Source: Camelus dromedarius
Lineage: Eukaryota
Direction: 5' to 3'
Length of the DNA: 64,000 bases
NCBI RefSeq assembly: GCF_036321535.1
Contig: NC_087436.1
Span: 86,988,001 to 87,052,000 of the forward strand
This document shows, one piece after another, positions 39,495 through 51,040 of the stretch. Positions within the stretch are counted from its first letter, which is position 1; the number at the start of each line of letters is the position of its first letter. The notes under the pieces are model-generated. The model was not told the DNA's origin, ran no database searches, and saw only the letters and a program-made list of their open reading frames with translations. A program made the position numbers and the translations under genes.

Positions 39495-39571
39495 ACAAGC
39501 AGCTGCAGCTCTCCCCTCTGCTGGACTTCTCAGTTCAGTACACAAACTGCACAACTGTCTGGAGAGCCCTG
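39495..39571. mobile_element. MER91-like (hAT-Tip100) fragment
   Basis: Ends cacaaactgcacaactgtctggagagccctg, resembling the MER91 terminal inverted repeat. Confidence 0.45.
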
Positions 39572-40279
39572 AATTTGATCATTCATTTTCAATAATTAAA
39601 ACAGGGCTGGTCCATTTAAGTGCATAAGTTGTTATTATTTGTAGTGATAAAACTGACAAAACACATTGGGCGTACAGGGCTCGCTGTCATTCAGGGCCTT
39701 GTATAGATCTGTAGCAGCTTTGTCTCTTTAGAAACAGTGGCAGTCATCCTCACAGATGTAAGAATACAGCTTTCTTATTAACTATCGCCGGTTGCTCCTT
39801 CAGGAGCGGCGGAGTCAGGTAGGCTGTCTCTGAGTTTTGACCCCTGCTTCAGCACGCCTTCTCAGAGGATAATAAGTGGGCATGGCAAGTTTTCCTGCTG
39901 CAGCTGACTACTGTCTGTGAGATGCATCAAGAGATTATCTGAGGGTGTGTGGATGAATGATAGATTACTTGGAGGCTATTTATAAATGCAGCAATAATGA
40001 GGAAAAGTTGAAAGAGGAATGAAAGATGAGAGGGAGGGAGGGGGCTGATGCCAGAATGTTAACCGTAAAGATGGAGGAGGGACGTCAGAGAAGGAAAACG
40101 TAAAGGGAGGTGAGGAAACCACCAGCAGAGAGGGCAGGGAGGGGGCATCGAGGGTGAGGGGAAGGAGGGTGCAGAGAAAGAGGAGTCATTGTCCACCAAC
40201 AATCAGGCCAAATTTTGAATAAACAAAATGCTTCAGGAGGATTGGGAAGAAAATAGAATAAAAGAAATGGGAAAAGAGC

Positions 40280-40378
40280 GGGTGGGGGTGTAGCTCCGTG
40301 GTAGAGCGCATGCTTGGCATGCATGAGGTTCTGGGTTCAATCCCCAGTACCTCCGTTAAGGGCAGGGTAGAAGAGAAA
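40280..40378 (+). mobile_element. tRNA-derived SINE, short variant
   Basis: gggtgggggtgtagctccgtggtagagcgcatgcttggcatgcatgaggttctgggttcaatccccagtacctccgttaagggcaggg. Imperfect flanking repeats aaaagaaatgggaaaagag and aaaagaaacggagagag. Confidence 0.9.
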
Positions 40379-40635
40379 AAAGAAACGGAGAGAGTGGGGA
40401 TGAATATAATTCAATGAAGAAATGGAAAACACAGATTACATCTATTTTATATAAACAAAGGAGCAAATGTTTTTTCTGATAGAAATTATTGAGCTCTGAA
40501 GTCACCACTGTAAGCATTCCATCATTGTTTTATCCTTATTTTTTTACGTTATATTTGAAATAGACATACTAGGGAAGCTTATAGCATATCTTTATCATAG
40601 GTTGAACTCCTCAGTTACAGCATTCAAGTGCTGAG

Positions 40636-40687
40636 ATAATATGATATAATGTAACACAATATAATATAATATAATATAATACTATAA
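40636..40687. repeat. (ATATA)n pentanucleotide repeat
   Basis: ataatatgatataatgtaacacaatataatataatataatataatactata, read directly. Confidence 0.85.
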
Positions 40688-40999
40688 AGGAAATTATAGT
40701 GTGGGTAAAGACAGAACTGAAGTTACACTGCCAGTAAGACTGTTTACATCACTTCTTAGTGTGCTCTATCAGTAGTGGCATATCTGTCTCATAACCTCCC
40801 CTTTAGATAAACAGGTGGGTATAACATGGTTTTTATTTCTCCAAAAGAGATTAAAGGACTAACCAAATAATCCATAAATCGTTCGCAGAACTAGGAACGT
40901 GATCAGTTTTCCTGTTCTGTTCTTACAATGATGATCGTCTTCCAGAAGCAAGTGAGCCTAGGGCCTGGACACACTCAAGTGACAGTCCAGGCTCCCTGG

Positions 41000-41173
41000 T
41001 GTGTTCACTTTATTAACTGGAACAGCTAACTCGGCCTCTCTGAAATTCCATTTCCTCCCCCTGTAAAACGGGGATACTGCTACTTTTCCTCCAGGATTAT
41101 TAGAACTATTAGAGAGAAAGTACATAAAGCATTTGGAACAAGTAGATGTCAATAAATTTTAACTATTATTATT
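41000..41173 (+). mobile_element. MIR SINE
   Basis: gcctctctgaaattccatttcctcccctgtaaaacggggatact...tacataaagcatttggaaca...tcaataaattttaactattatt. Confidence 0.75.
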
Positions 41174-42663
41174 TTCCTGCAACAGAAACTAGTGATGTAC
41201 GTCTTTATAGTCAAGAAAAAGCATCACTGCATTAGCAAGAAAAGGGGGGAACAGGGAGGCAAGATTAAGTCAAGGAAGAGAAGGAAAATCATCACATGAA
41301 AAGCATGCTGGAGTCAAAGTCTCATGTAGTAAAGGGAAATGTATTCTTCTGTTGCCTCTGGGTCAGTGTACCTAAATGGACATGAGTACAGAAATGGAAT
41401 AACTTTAGCCACAGACGTCATGAAATGCTATTAAAATGGGGGTTCAGCATCCCTCCAAAGATGTCTTAATCTATATCTTCAGGTTAAGGTAAGAGATAAG
41501 GAGAAATGGAACTATAAAACCAAGTGCTATATAGGTTGAAGCTTGATTTTTTTGGTGTTGAAAAACCTGAGAATTAGCAGCAGTCATTCCCTCCTGGACT
41601 CTATCGTCTGAACTTAAATCCTCACGAGAGCCCCAGATCACATAGGCCTCCTAAATCATGTAACTAGTACACTGGGTAAGCCTGGCTCATGAGGTCAGAT
41701 CATAAAGCAATCTTATTTCATTTCTCAGTGTTACTTTAAATTTTTCAGTGGGGTCTAGTTCTTCCCCTATCTTTGGTTGAATATTTGGGCAAGTCCATAA
41801 CTTTTCTGGTCACCCTTAGGAAATACAAGCAGTCTCAGTTTAGTCATTTATACATCTAACCCCGTGTAATATCAAGACTTCAAGCTTGATTTAAAGTTAA
41901 GGCATTCTCTCTCTCCCAGCTTCTGGCTGCTACAGTTGAAGAAGGGAGGTGTGACCAGCTGCCTCTCCCTTCCCTCATGTAAGTTTCCTCCTCCTCCTCC
42001 TCCCATAGCTGATCAGCTGCAGTTTCCAACCCCTGCAAGGTTAGAGAGATCGGAAAGGAGGGGGTGGGGGTGGTAGGAAAGCTCTTACCCTCCTGACACT
42101 GTAACGAGCTGGCATGACATTCTCTGGTCGTGGCAACTGTCTCAACCTGCTCTTTCTCTTACATGCACTTTGGTAGGGGCTTTTGAGATACCCACGTCCC
42201 TGGCGGACACCTGCGGTTCCTTCAATGTGGGGAAATGTTATGCCGGCTCTTCCAGCTGGTCTGTGGGATGAGAGAGAACTACATCGTGGTGTTTATTATT
42301 TTTATAGAAACAGGTAGTTGTGTGTGCCCCCACCTTCTCAGTTAACAATGCAGAAAGTGCAGAGAATAACTCAAGTAAATGAAAAGATAGAGATAAGTGA
42401 ATCTGAGCAGAAATACTAAGGCTCAGTTGGTTCAGCAAAGAACCTATCAGTTATTCTGATTTACAAGAAGCTCTGATGATATTGGCAGTTGCCAGTCCCC
42501 GATTTTGGTAGGTTCCCCTCCTTGGATGAGATGGCTCACCTTTCCATGAGCTGTGTTTAAAGAGAAATTCTAGAGAAACTTGTGCACTGGAGATTTTTTT
42601 AAAAAGAGAGAGCGAGCGAGAAAGAGAGAGGAAAGGGAGAGCAAGATCTTCCAGTGTTGTCTT

Positions 42664-42874
42664 TTTTATTCTTTAATTTAAAACTTTTTACTTATTGAAG
42701 TATAGTTGATTTACAGTGTTGTTTTAGTTTCTGGTGTGCAGCATAGTGATTCATTTATGCATATATATATTCTTTTTCATATTCTTTTTCATTATAGGTT
42801 ACTACAAGATATTGAATGTAGGTCCCTATACAGTAGGACCTTGTTGTTTATCTATTTTATATATAGTAGTTTGT
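42664..42874 (-). mobile_element. Short 5'-truncated young L1 (3'UTR only), same family as 104-673
   Basis: Shares tattgaagtatagt...ttcatattctttttcattataggttactacaagatattgaat with 111-240. Perfect 12-bp TSD cagtgttgtctt at 42652-42663 and 42875-42886. Confidence 0.93.
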
Positions 42875-43085
42875 CAGTGTTGTCTTGAAGAGGAAGGTTT
42901 GTGAAGAAAGGGATGGCCATTTGAAAATGAGTTTGCTCATCTGTGTTTTGGAAAAACAAATCATGGAGCAATGAAGGAAGAAGGGGAGTGATACCTAATC
43001 ATTCATTTTAAAATCCTTTCAAACTGTTGTGAATCTGCAGCTAAGTTACAAAGCATTATGTATCAAGCTCTAAATTCTCACCAAG

Positions 43086-43167
43086 TATTGGGTTGAGCCA
43101 TATGAAATTCTGATTTTTCTGACTAGAAAAATGTTCAAATGTTGGCAACTTCATTTGGCTCAGATGT
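43086..43167. mobile_element. MADE2-like mariner MITE
   Basis: About 80 bp with inverted ends tattgggttgagccatatgaaatt and ggcaacttcatttggctca. Confidence 0.7.
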
Positions 43168-43244
43168 TTCCCCTGCCTCACCACTGATGCTGAATTCCGC
43201 CTTGGAGTTTTGAAATATTAAAACTTAAATTTGGGAATTTTATC

Positions 43245-43350
43245 ATCCCACGACTAGATCCTGAGCTCCCCGAGATGAGGAATGGCGATTACTTTGCATT
43301 CCCTGCGGTACCCAGCACACAGTGGTTGCTGAGAGAATACTTACTAACTC
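43245..43350 (+). mobile_element. L2 3'-end fragment
   Basis: cccacgactagatcctgagctccccgagatgagg...tttgcattccctgcggtacccagcacacagtgg. Confidence 0.6.
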
Positions 43351-46300
43351 ATATCATAAACTCAGAGAGTCACCCTGGAACTTGAGCCATCATTATTAAC
43401 CACAGAATTCCAGAGTTCGATTCAAATCATCAAACCTTCCCTTGATACATAAAGTAGAAAGTCCAAGAATTTGGAAAACCTTCCATGTGATCAGCAACTT
43501 TAAAAAGGACTTTGTACTTTTTCTTCTCTAAATTGCCTGGGAGAAGGAGCAGAAGAGGGGAGGGTGGTACCCCCTCCAGGATGCAGAGGGGGACAGCTGT
43601 GGAGGAGGAGATTGGGTTCCACCTCCAGCCTCAGACACACACCAAATCCAAGGTGGGGGGGGGTGGCTAGAGCAAGCTAGCATGCCTGCACTCCTTGCCT
43701 GATGTCAGGCAGGGACAAGAGCAAAGAGGGACATTGAGAGGAACTGTGTTCCACTTCTGCCCATTCATGTCTAATGAGAAATTATTTCTTGGTGATCACT
43801 TCAACATTTAAAACAATTCCAGTCCCAACTCGAGCTCTCTAGTGTTTGTCTGATCTGATTGGAAATTCCCAAGTGTGTTTTGGGCTTTGTTCTAGAATGG
43901 GTGAACATAGCTGAAATTGCAGAGTGTCATCTGTTAACATATTTGGAGAAACTTTTTAAAACCTGACTCCACACTAACCTGCTAACTCTGACCCAGAATT
44001 CCAGACAGATGCTTGGGTCTTCTAAAATCATAAACAATGATGTTTGTGTTCCTGAACACGTTTTTGTTTTTTTTTTTTTTTTTGAAATACAAAAATATTT
44101 GCATCTGGCCTTTTGAAATCTTCTAAAGGAAAATTTCCAGACACCTTTGAGGGTGGGTTCCTTAATCGAATAAAACTGCCATGGTTTGGTAAGATTCTGC
44201 TAGAATTTTCACTAGACACCGTTCCAAAAAACACCCTCAAATTTATCAACACCAAAATCCCCAGTCACAAAGATGATATTAGCATTTTATTATAAATGCA
44301 TTTGGGATCCTCAGTAACTTAAAAGGCTTCTATTTTAGTGTTTAGGATGAAACAGGAGGCTAATTAATAAAATATGGAGCTAAGCACCATGCCAAATGAA
44401 ATAAATATTTTTGGAAATAACCAAAATGACTTCGCTGCAGTGGAAAGGTCCTAAAACTATACTCAGAACAATGCTGAGTATGTTCATATGTTTATGAAGC
44501 ATATAAACACATGCTTAATATTATGCCCAGCCCTCCAGGGCCGGGTGGGAATCGAGTGAAGATTACCCCTGCTGCCAGGGAGCAGTCACAGAGCCGAACA
44601 ATATTAAATAAGGATTTTATCATCAATACCCTTAAAACCCCGAGAGAAATTTTAAAACTTAAGTTGTCTGAGACATCGCTGTCTGGCTCCCAATTAAATG
44701 AGAGAGTTGTGTCTTGAAATCCCCATGCCTTGCTGAAAATCCCCCTAGCTTTTTTTTTCAAAGCTATAAATGTGTTTCTGGCGACACAATTCAGCTTAAT
44801 AAGTTTCAGAAGGTTTCGATAGTTCCTTCACACTTTCGCTCATAAAAGGTGTAGGCAAGGAAGCAAAATCATTTTTCCCATCTTCTACATGATTGGGAAG
44901 GGTACCAAATCCAGCTGCATTTCATTAAAGTGATTTTGGAAAGTCTAAGACGGCTCACGAGGAACAGAGGACTCCAAATAAGTACTTGGTCTGGGGTGAC
45001 ACGTTGCACACAGCTCTGCGTGCCCCTCTCCCGCTCTGTCAGGATCACAGATGATTTTAGGCCTCTGCTGACCTGAGGGTTTGTCACTGATGATTCAACC
45101 AGAAGAATTACTTAGACCCATTTTGGACTCATAGCTTACAAGCCATTTCCCATTCTCTCTATCATGTAATGGTCACTCTTAGGTCATAGACAGCCTCAAA
45201 GGACCTTGGTTTCAGAGCAACTTAAACCTCTGTAAGTTGCAGACTCCTGTATAAGGCTAGTCTCATTGGAAAGCATTCGATTCCAGTGTCCATCATCTTT
45301 CAGCTCTTTTGTTTCCCCAATCAGAATTAAAAACGGGTTGGATCTTCACAACCGTGTTTGCAGGACACCCTTGACAATGGTGGCTTTGTGACACACCATT
45401 GAGGTCATCAATTTGTAGAGCAGCACAAAAAGGCGCTCTTAGAGACAAGCCAACACTCAGAATTCTCCAACTTGTTATGCCAGTGATTTTGATATTTTGT
45501 ATATTCCTCCCTTTCATTTCAATATGAATATAGCCAACACAGCCTCTTCCTCTCCCAAAGTCAGAGTTTTACAAAAAGTACCTTTGACGGAGCTCACCGA
45601 CTGGGGTCATGTTTACAACCCATTTCACTGGCTTCCTGTTTGGGAACCCAGCAGAGGCAACAATGAGGAGGCCGGAGACACGCTTTTTGAAAGGTCCAGA
45701 ATTCCCCCTACCCCGTCCTTCATGACACAAAGTCACTCCAGCTGCTCTGCAGAGAAGTGGGAAACGCACAATCCTATTTACGCAGTTAAAAAGCTGTGTG
45801 AAGTCAATATTTGGAATGAGCTTTCTCTTAGGAAAACAGATGTCCAACCAAAAAGCCTAACTTTAAATTCTTCAGGGTAGACAAGATCAGATAGGGCATC
45901 AGTCTTAACGAGCGCCTGTTTACTGGCAGGATGTGAGGTTTACCCCAGAAGCAAATGTCAGTGTTTCTTTTTCCATGTTCCAGGAAATGGAACCAAACCA
46001 GACAAAAGGAGAGTTTGAGGCTCCAGATTCCTCTTCATTTTCCCAGCAGAGGTCACCATTTCCATGATCTAGATGGGTTCTGTTCATTAGCATCGGCAAA
46101 TTGAAAGGACCATGGAAACTGTGCCCTTGGTTCTTAGAACTGAGAATAGACCCTTTACAGGGCACTTTATTCTGTGGATAAAGAAAAATAGCAATTGCCT
46201 AGAAAGCACAGGTTGTTCAAGTAGTTTAAATTAGATCTTAGTATTTGAGTTGTTTCACTAAGCTAAAGTAAATACATCTCCTTTGAATGTTTGCACGCAC

Positions 46301-47639
46301 ATTTACACACACAGAAGTATGATTTTTAAATTATTTTGGGTGCTTTAAAATATGGCTTTTCCCCCTTTAAAATATTTAACCCAAAAGAAGAATCATAAAT
46401 ATTACTTACTGCAAATCTCTGCTGTACTGTGGCTTTAATTATATCTAACCTTAAAACCAATTCTATAAGCATAGAAGATGACAAATGTACATACTGAACA
46501 TTTGAATTTGGTTCTATAGGATCTGGTGCCCTGGAGTGGCTAGGCAGAGTTATCATGCCCATTCCTTTACACTTGTGAACTTCCGTGGACTCTTGTCTAT
46601 CAAGCATCCAGGTCTTACGTTAAAGGAATTGAACAATACCTTGTGTAGTTTGAACCATGACATTGTCAAAGCCTTTCTAATAAAACAAGGGATCAAGCAG
46701 TTCACACTAGAACTCGATAGAAATACCTTCTCTGAGAGTAGGGAGTAATGATGGTAAATTGTACCAGATGGAAATCCTTGAAAATGGATTTCCTAAGAAA
46801 TATTCATTGCCCCTCGTGAATCATTATGTTGAATATTTCTGTCATGTAAATCTCCTTGAAATAAATTGAGATGATACATAGAGAGAGTAAAGCTGTCGCT
46901 TCCCCAGTGAACTGCTATGTGTGCAAACTTAGCTGGCTGCTGCATCATTTTGAACAGTAGAGAGCAGTAGAAGAGTATGGTAGCACATGGCTGGCCAGAA
47001 ATCAAGGTGCTCGAAAACAAAATAAAGGCATGTTCTCCTAGGATGATGTTCAGTTTCTACCAATAGTGAAAGACACGTTTGAACTCTATTATAGATGTAT
47101 TCATTTTTAGAGAAAGGATAAATAACATCCAAACAATAAGCTATCAAACAGGAATGCCAGTATTTATACTGATCAGCTGTTCATTTATGAAAATTAAAGC
47201 TATTTGGTAGGAGTGCAAAAATTCACTAACAAATTCTGTACAAGCTCTATCATCATTAGTAGCTATAATCCAAAGCAGGCTGCGACCAACCATGTAGGAG
47301 TCATCAGAATCAATGTCATTTCTCTGAATGCCAATTTATACTGACGTTGAAGACATTTGCACCAATTTACCAATAAATGTGTTTGCTACTCACTGTGTAG
47401 TCAAACTAGCCATTGCACCAGCTACACCGTAATTCCAATGTCTCCCTTTGGCCTCAGTAACCCTGCTAGGGTGGTAGTGAAGACGGCAGTGATAAAAACA
47501 TCACTGCCACCACGCTGTGGTAACTCTGTTCCAGACACGGAGCAGTCCACATCTCTTGTGCTGTTCCAAGTGGCAAGGCTTGCCATTCCAAGCCTCACTT
47601 TACCACCCGTCCAAAATAATTCCTAGTTCCTTGTGCTTA

Positions 47640-48085
47640 TTTCTTCCCGTCTCAAAAATAGTCCCCTCATCCCCACAAGCCAGAAACGAAGAAGTCATCC
47701 TTGACCCTCCCTCTTCCTTACCTCCCACAACAGCCAGTCTTTTTGATTCTAATTCTAAAATGCATCTCAAATCCATTCTGTTCTTTTCAACTGTGCTGCC
47801 GCACCGGCACCTGGGCCGCCACCGCCTCACCAACCACCGCAAGAGCCTGCCGCTGGCTGTGCGCCTCCCAGCAGCAGTGTGGTCTTCGTATTTGAAACAT
47901 GGACCTCCTCCTGGCATTCTCCCGAATGAACCCCTTCAGCTGCTGCCCACTGACCTGGGAATGCAGTCCAAGCCCCTTGCGGCAGCCCCCCAAGCCCTGA
48001 CCCTCTCTCCTGCCTCGCCCTGCACCCCTCCAAGTTCTGTCTGACTCAGGACCTTCCCACACCATGTGGCCTCTGCCTGAACACT
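47640..48085 (+). mobile_element. L2 fragment, unusually GC/CpG rich
   Basis: caagccagaaacgaagaagtcatccttgaccctccctcttcc...aaatgcatctcaaatccattc...ctcaggaccttcccacaccatgtggcctctgcctgaacact. Confidence 0.8.
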
Positions 48086-48714
48086 GTGATCTGGGGAAGT
48101 CACTCAGTCTTCTGGGCCTTGGTTTTCTCCTCTGTAAGAGGGATCTCTGTCCTTTTCCAGCAGTGACCTTCCTATTTCCTTGGATAAGACAGACTTTCTC
48201 TTGAATTTACCTTTTAATAACCCTCTGCCAAGCACTGATCCTAAGATAACGTAGGAGGTTGGCCATATGTCCGCTGGAATATATTTTTCAAGGATAGTTC
48301 AGGAATACAAAATGCTTTGAAATTGAGATGTGTATGTTAACCAGTACTGTTTTCAATTAATAGAGGGATGTTTATACCCTGTGAGAAGCCTGAAAGCCTA
48401 AAATACAGCAAGGCAGGAGACTTAATCCTTAGAAAGTAAATTTACTGCTCTCTTGCTAGGTTGTATCTAAATGCATCAGTTACATGTGGGTGCCTATTGA
48501 AACTGGCATTCTAACCATCCTGTATTAAAAGTGCATTTTCAAGGTTTGTACTGTTCTCATGAGCAGGATTGTCAGATACCCAGACCAGAATTCTGAGCCA
48601 AATTTCCTTTCTTCTATTGCCTATAGCAGATGCTCTTAAACCAGTCTACTACCGAAAATGAAGGTGAATTCTTGAAATATGTTTGGTTATTAACTGAGCC
48701 AACCCCACACCAAT

Positions 48715-49170
48715 TCAATTGGATTCTGCAAACTTTGTCGAGTATCTACTAGATGCCAGGCACCTACCAAGCACCAGGCTACAGTAAGTAGGTCCTGAGC
48801 CTAGCTCTCAAAGGGCTCCCAGCCCAGCAGGTAGACCCAGGTGCAAATAGATTGTGTCAGAGATCTGGTGAAATAAAAAAGGTGCTTGGGCTCTGGGAGC
48901 AACAAAGCACTGGTCTCAGTGGGGACAGATCAGGCAAAGTGTGATGGATGAACAGCATTTACCCGTCAAAGGAGAAAACGTTTCAGGGAAGGGAGTCAGG
49001 TATGCAGACAAACAGGAGTGCAACAGCTGTGACCTTGGGGGAACCCCTGGGGTTCAAGAAGGTCGGTGGCCAGAGATAAAGCTGGAAAGAGAGGCACCAT
49101 GTTGTGAAGTCCTGGTATAACCTGCATGCTCTCCGTCAAGTTTGAATCGTATCCTGAAATACTAATAATA
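48715..49170 (-). mobile_element. L2 fragment
   Basis: aaactttgtcgagtatctactagatgccaggcac...gctctcaaagggctcccagcccagcagg...gttgtgaagtcctggtataacctgc. Confidence 0.6.
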
Positions 49171-49334
49171 ACAATGATATTAGCTAACTTATTGAGACTT
49201 CACTAAATGCCACTTTCCATGAAATAACTCATGTAATCCTACAGAGCTGAGATTTAGGCCCCAGTCCCCCATCTCTTCAGCCTTGCTAAGAACCACTGTT
49301 ACTCTACCTCCAAGATGAAAGAAGACATTAAAGC

Positions 49335-49500
49335 TCTGAGACCCTGGGCAAGTTTCTCAGCACCTCTGAACCTCATTTCACCATCTGTAAAATGGGAATA
49401 ATCTGTAAAATGGGAATAATTGGGTTGTTGTGAGAAGTTAAAACATGCAAAATATTTAACACTGTGCCTTGTATGTGGTATGTACCTGCCGTTATTATCA
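49335..49500 (+). mobile_element. MIR SINE with an internal 18-bp tandem duplication
   Basis: gaccctgggcaagtttctcagcacctctgaacctcatttcacc(atctgtaaaatgggaata)x2...gggttgttgtgag. Confidence 0.85.
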
Positions 49501-49605
49501 TCTTCAGCATCATTGCTATAATTAATTTTTAAGAAATGGAACACCACAACCATATTTGCAGTTTAGAAGATGTCTAAGAGGGCAGGATGAAGGGAGGCTG
49601 GGGGC

Positions 49606-49694
49606 AGGGCTGCCTTGTTGCCAACTCCAGGGACACCACTCACTTTGTAGTCAGTACATACGTGCCTCTGGGACCTGTGTTGTGCACCAGCTCT
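49606..49694. mobile_element. MER91-like (hAT-Tip100) MITE
   Basis: cagggctgcc...caactccagggacaccactcac...tagtc...gcctctggg...gctctg has the MER91 palindromic layout. Confidence 0.55.
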
Positions 49695-50939
49695 GAGAGG
49701 AACAGGACAGGTAGTAATCCAGAGATGATGAAAACCTAAATGGAGGTAGCAGAGAAGGAAGGGCTGTGACAGACGTTTAGGAACTAGTGACTGAGTAGGT
49801 CAGGACGGGAAAGCAGTGGGAACAGTCTGGCTCAACTGTCAGGTTTCTGACCTGAGTAGGTGAGCTGAGGGGAGATGTGGGGTAAGGGAGTCAACTCAGA
49901 TGATTGTAAGTTTCTGAATATGTGTCTCCAACTTCTTTCCAAACAGAAAATAAACATGGTTTTAGATAAGTGATTTTTTTCTGTTAAGTGCATTTCTTCC
50001 TCTTAGGAGTGTGAAGAGTTGGGATTGACTGTTCTCAGCAACATACCCTGGTGAGGGTCAGTGCTGGGACGAGTGTCCGTCTGTTTTGATTTTCATTACA
50101 ACCGTCTTCAGTCTGACAAGCCCAACCCTGTTATTTCTGAATTAATGATTTTAATCGCCCTGGGTGTCTTTTAAGTGAAATGTGGTGCCTACAAATGAGG
50201 TCTCCTAGTAGCCATGGGAAAGCTCTTCATCTTGTTAGTGTGTTTAAAGCTCATCACAGGGCAAGAGAGTGTTAAGTTTTAATGGCAAAGAAGGGGAAGA
50301 AAGCTGTATGTATATTTTGTGAAGACAACCTCAGAATATCCTGAAAATAGAAGAGACGGAATAGTGCAGGTTGTCACTGCCTCAGCCCCCAGCAAGCCTG
50401 CCCAACTGCTATACCATCACACCTGTGGGGTCTGGGAGGCGTCTGAATCCCAGCAACAGACAGGTAGAGGGGCCGCAGGGTGACTTCCTTAGCCTCCCTT
50501 TTTGAGTCCCAAAATATCTTCTGTATTTTACCTTGCTAGGAACTACTCTCAGAGAAAAGCTGAGTTAGCTCACATTGGCTGAAACACTACCTGGAGAGGA
50601 GGGATTTTATTTTTGACCCTGCTTTATCCTAAGTGTGATGCTTGTCAAGTAGGCCACACTTTAAGTGTAGCTTCACTCCTAAGGGACCAGAACCAGAGCT
50701 CTTGATGCCTTGATCCCATTCCAGGGTCTACTCTGTAAAGCGCACACTTTCCCTGAGGTTGATACCACACTGCTTGTCCTGTACCCACGGCTCCCTCCTC
50801 TGTTTGTTTGTTGTAAAGCAAAATATACCCTTTTATTTTTCAAAACAACTAACCATAATAATAAGCATCCAATAACTAGGGAATAAATGTAAAAACAAAC
50901 GCTAAAGAAACAAACCATCTGTACAGTTTGATACTTTAA

Positions 50940-51040
50940 CAATAATAACAACAACAACCGTGGGTTGAGTCCTAATCACATGTAAGTGCTGTGCTACGCA
51001 CTTTACGCGCACCAGCATGCTTAATCCTCCCAACTACTGT
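50940..51040 (-). mobile_element. MIR 3' fragment
   Basis: aataataacaac...ttgagtcctaatcacatgtaagtgctgtgctacgcactttac...ttaatcctcccaac. Confidence 0.65.

Noticed and set aside
39605..39700. Y RNA-like start ggctggtcc
   Set aside because: Similarity stops after 9 nt, and there is no complementary 3' stem.
41830..42260. Possible ancient LTR
   Set aside because: The composition is LTR-like, but I could not identify a family, termini or a TSD.
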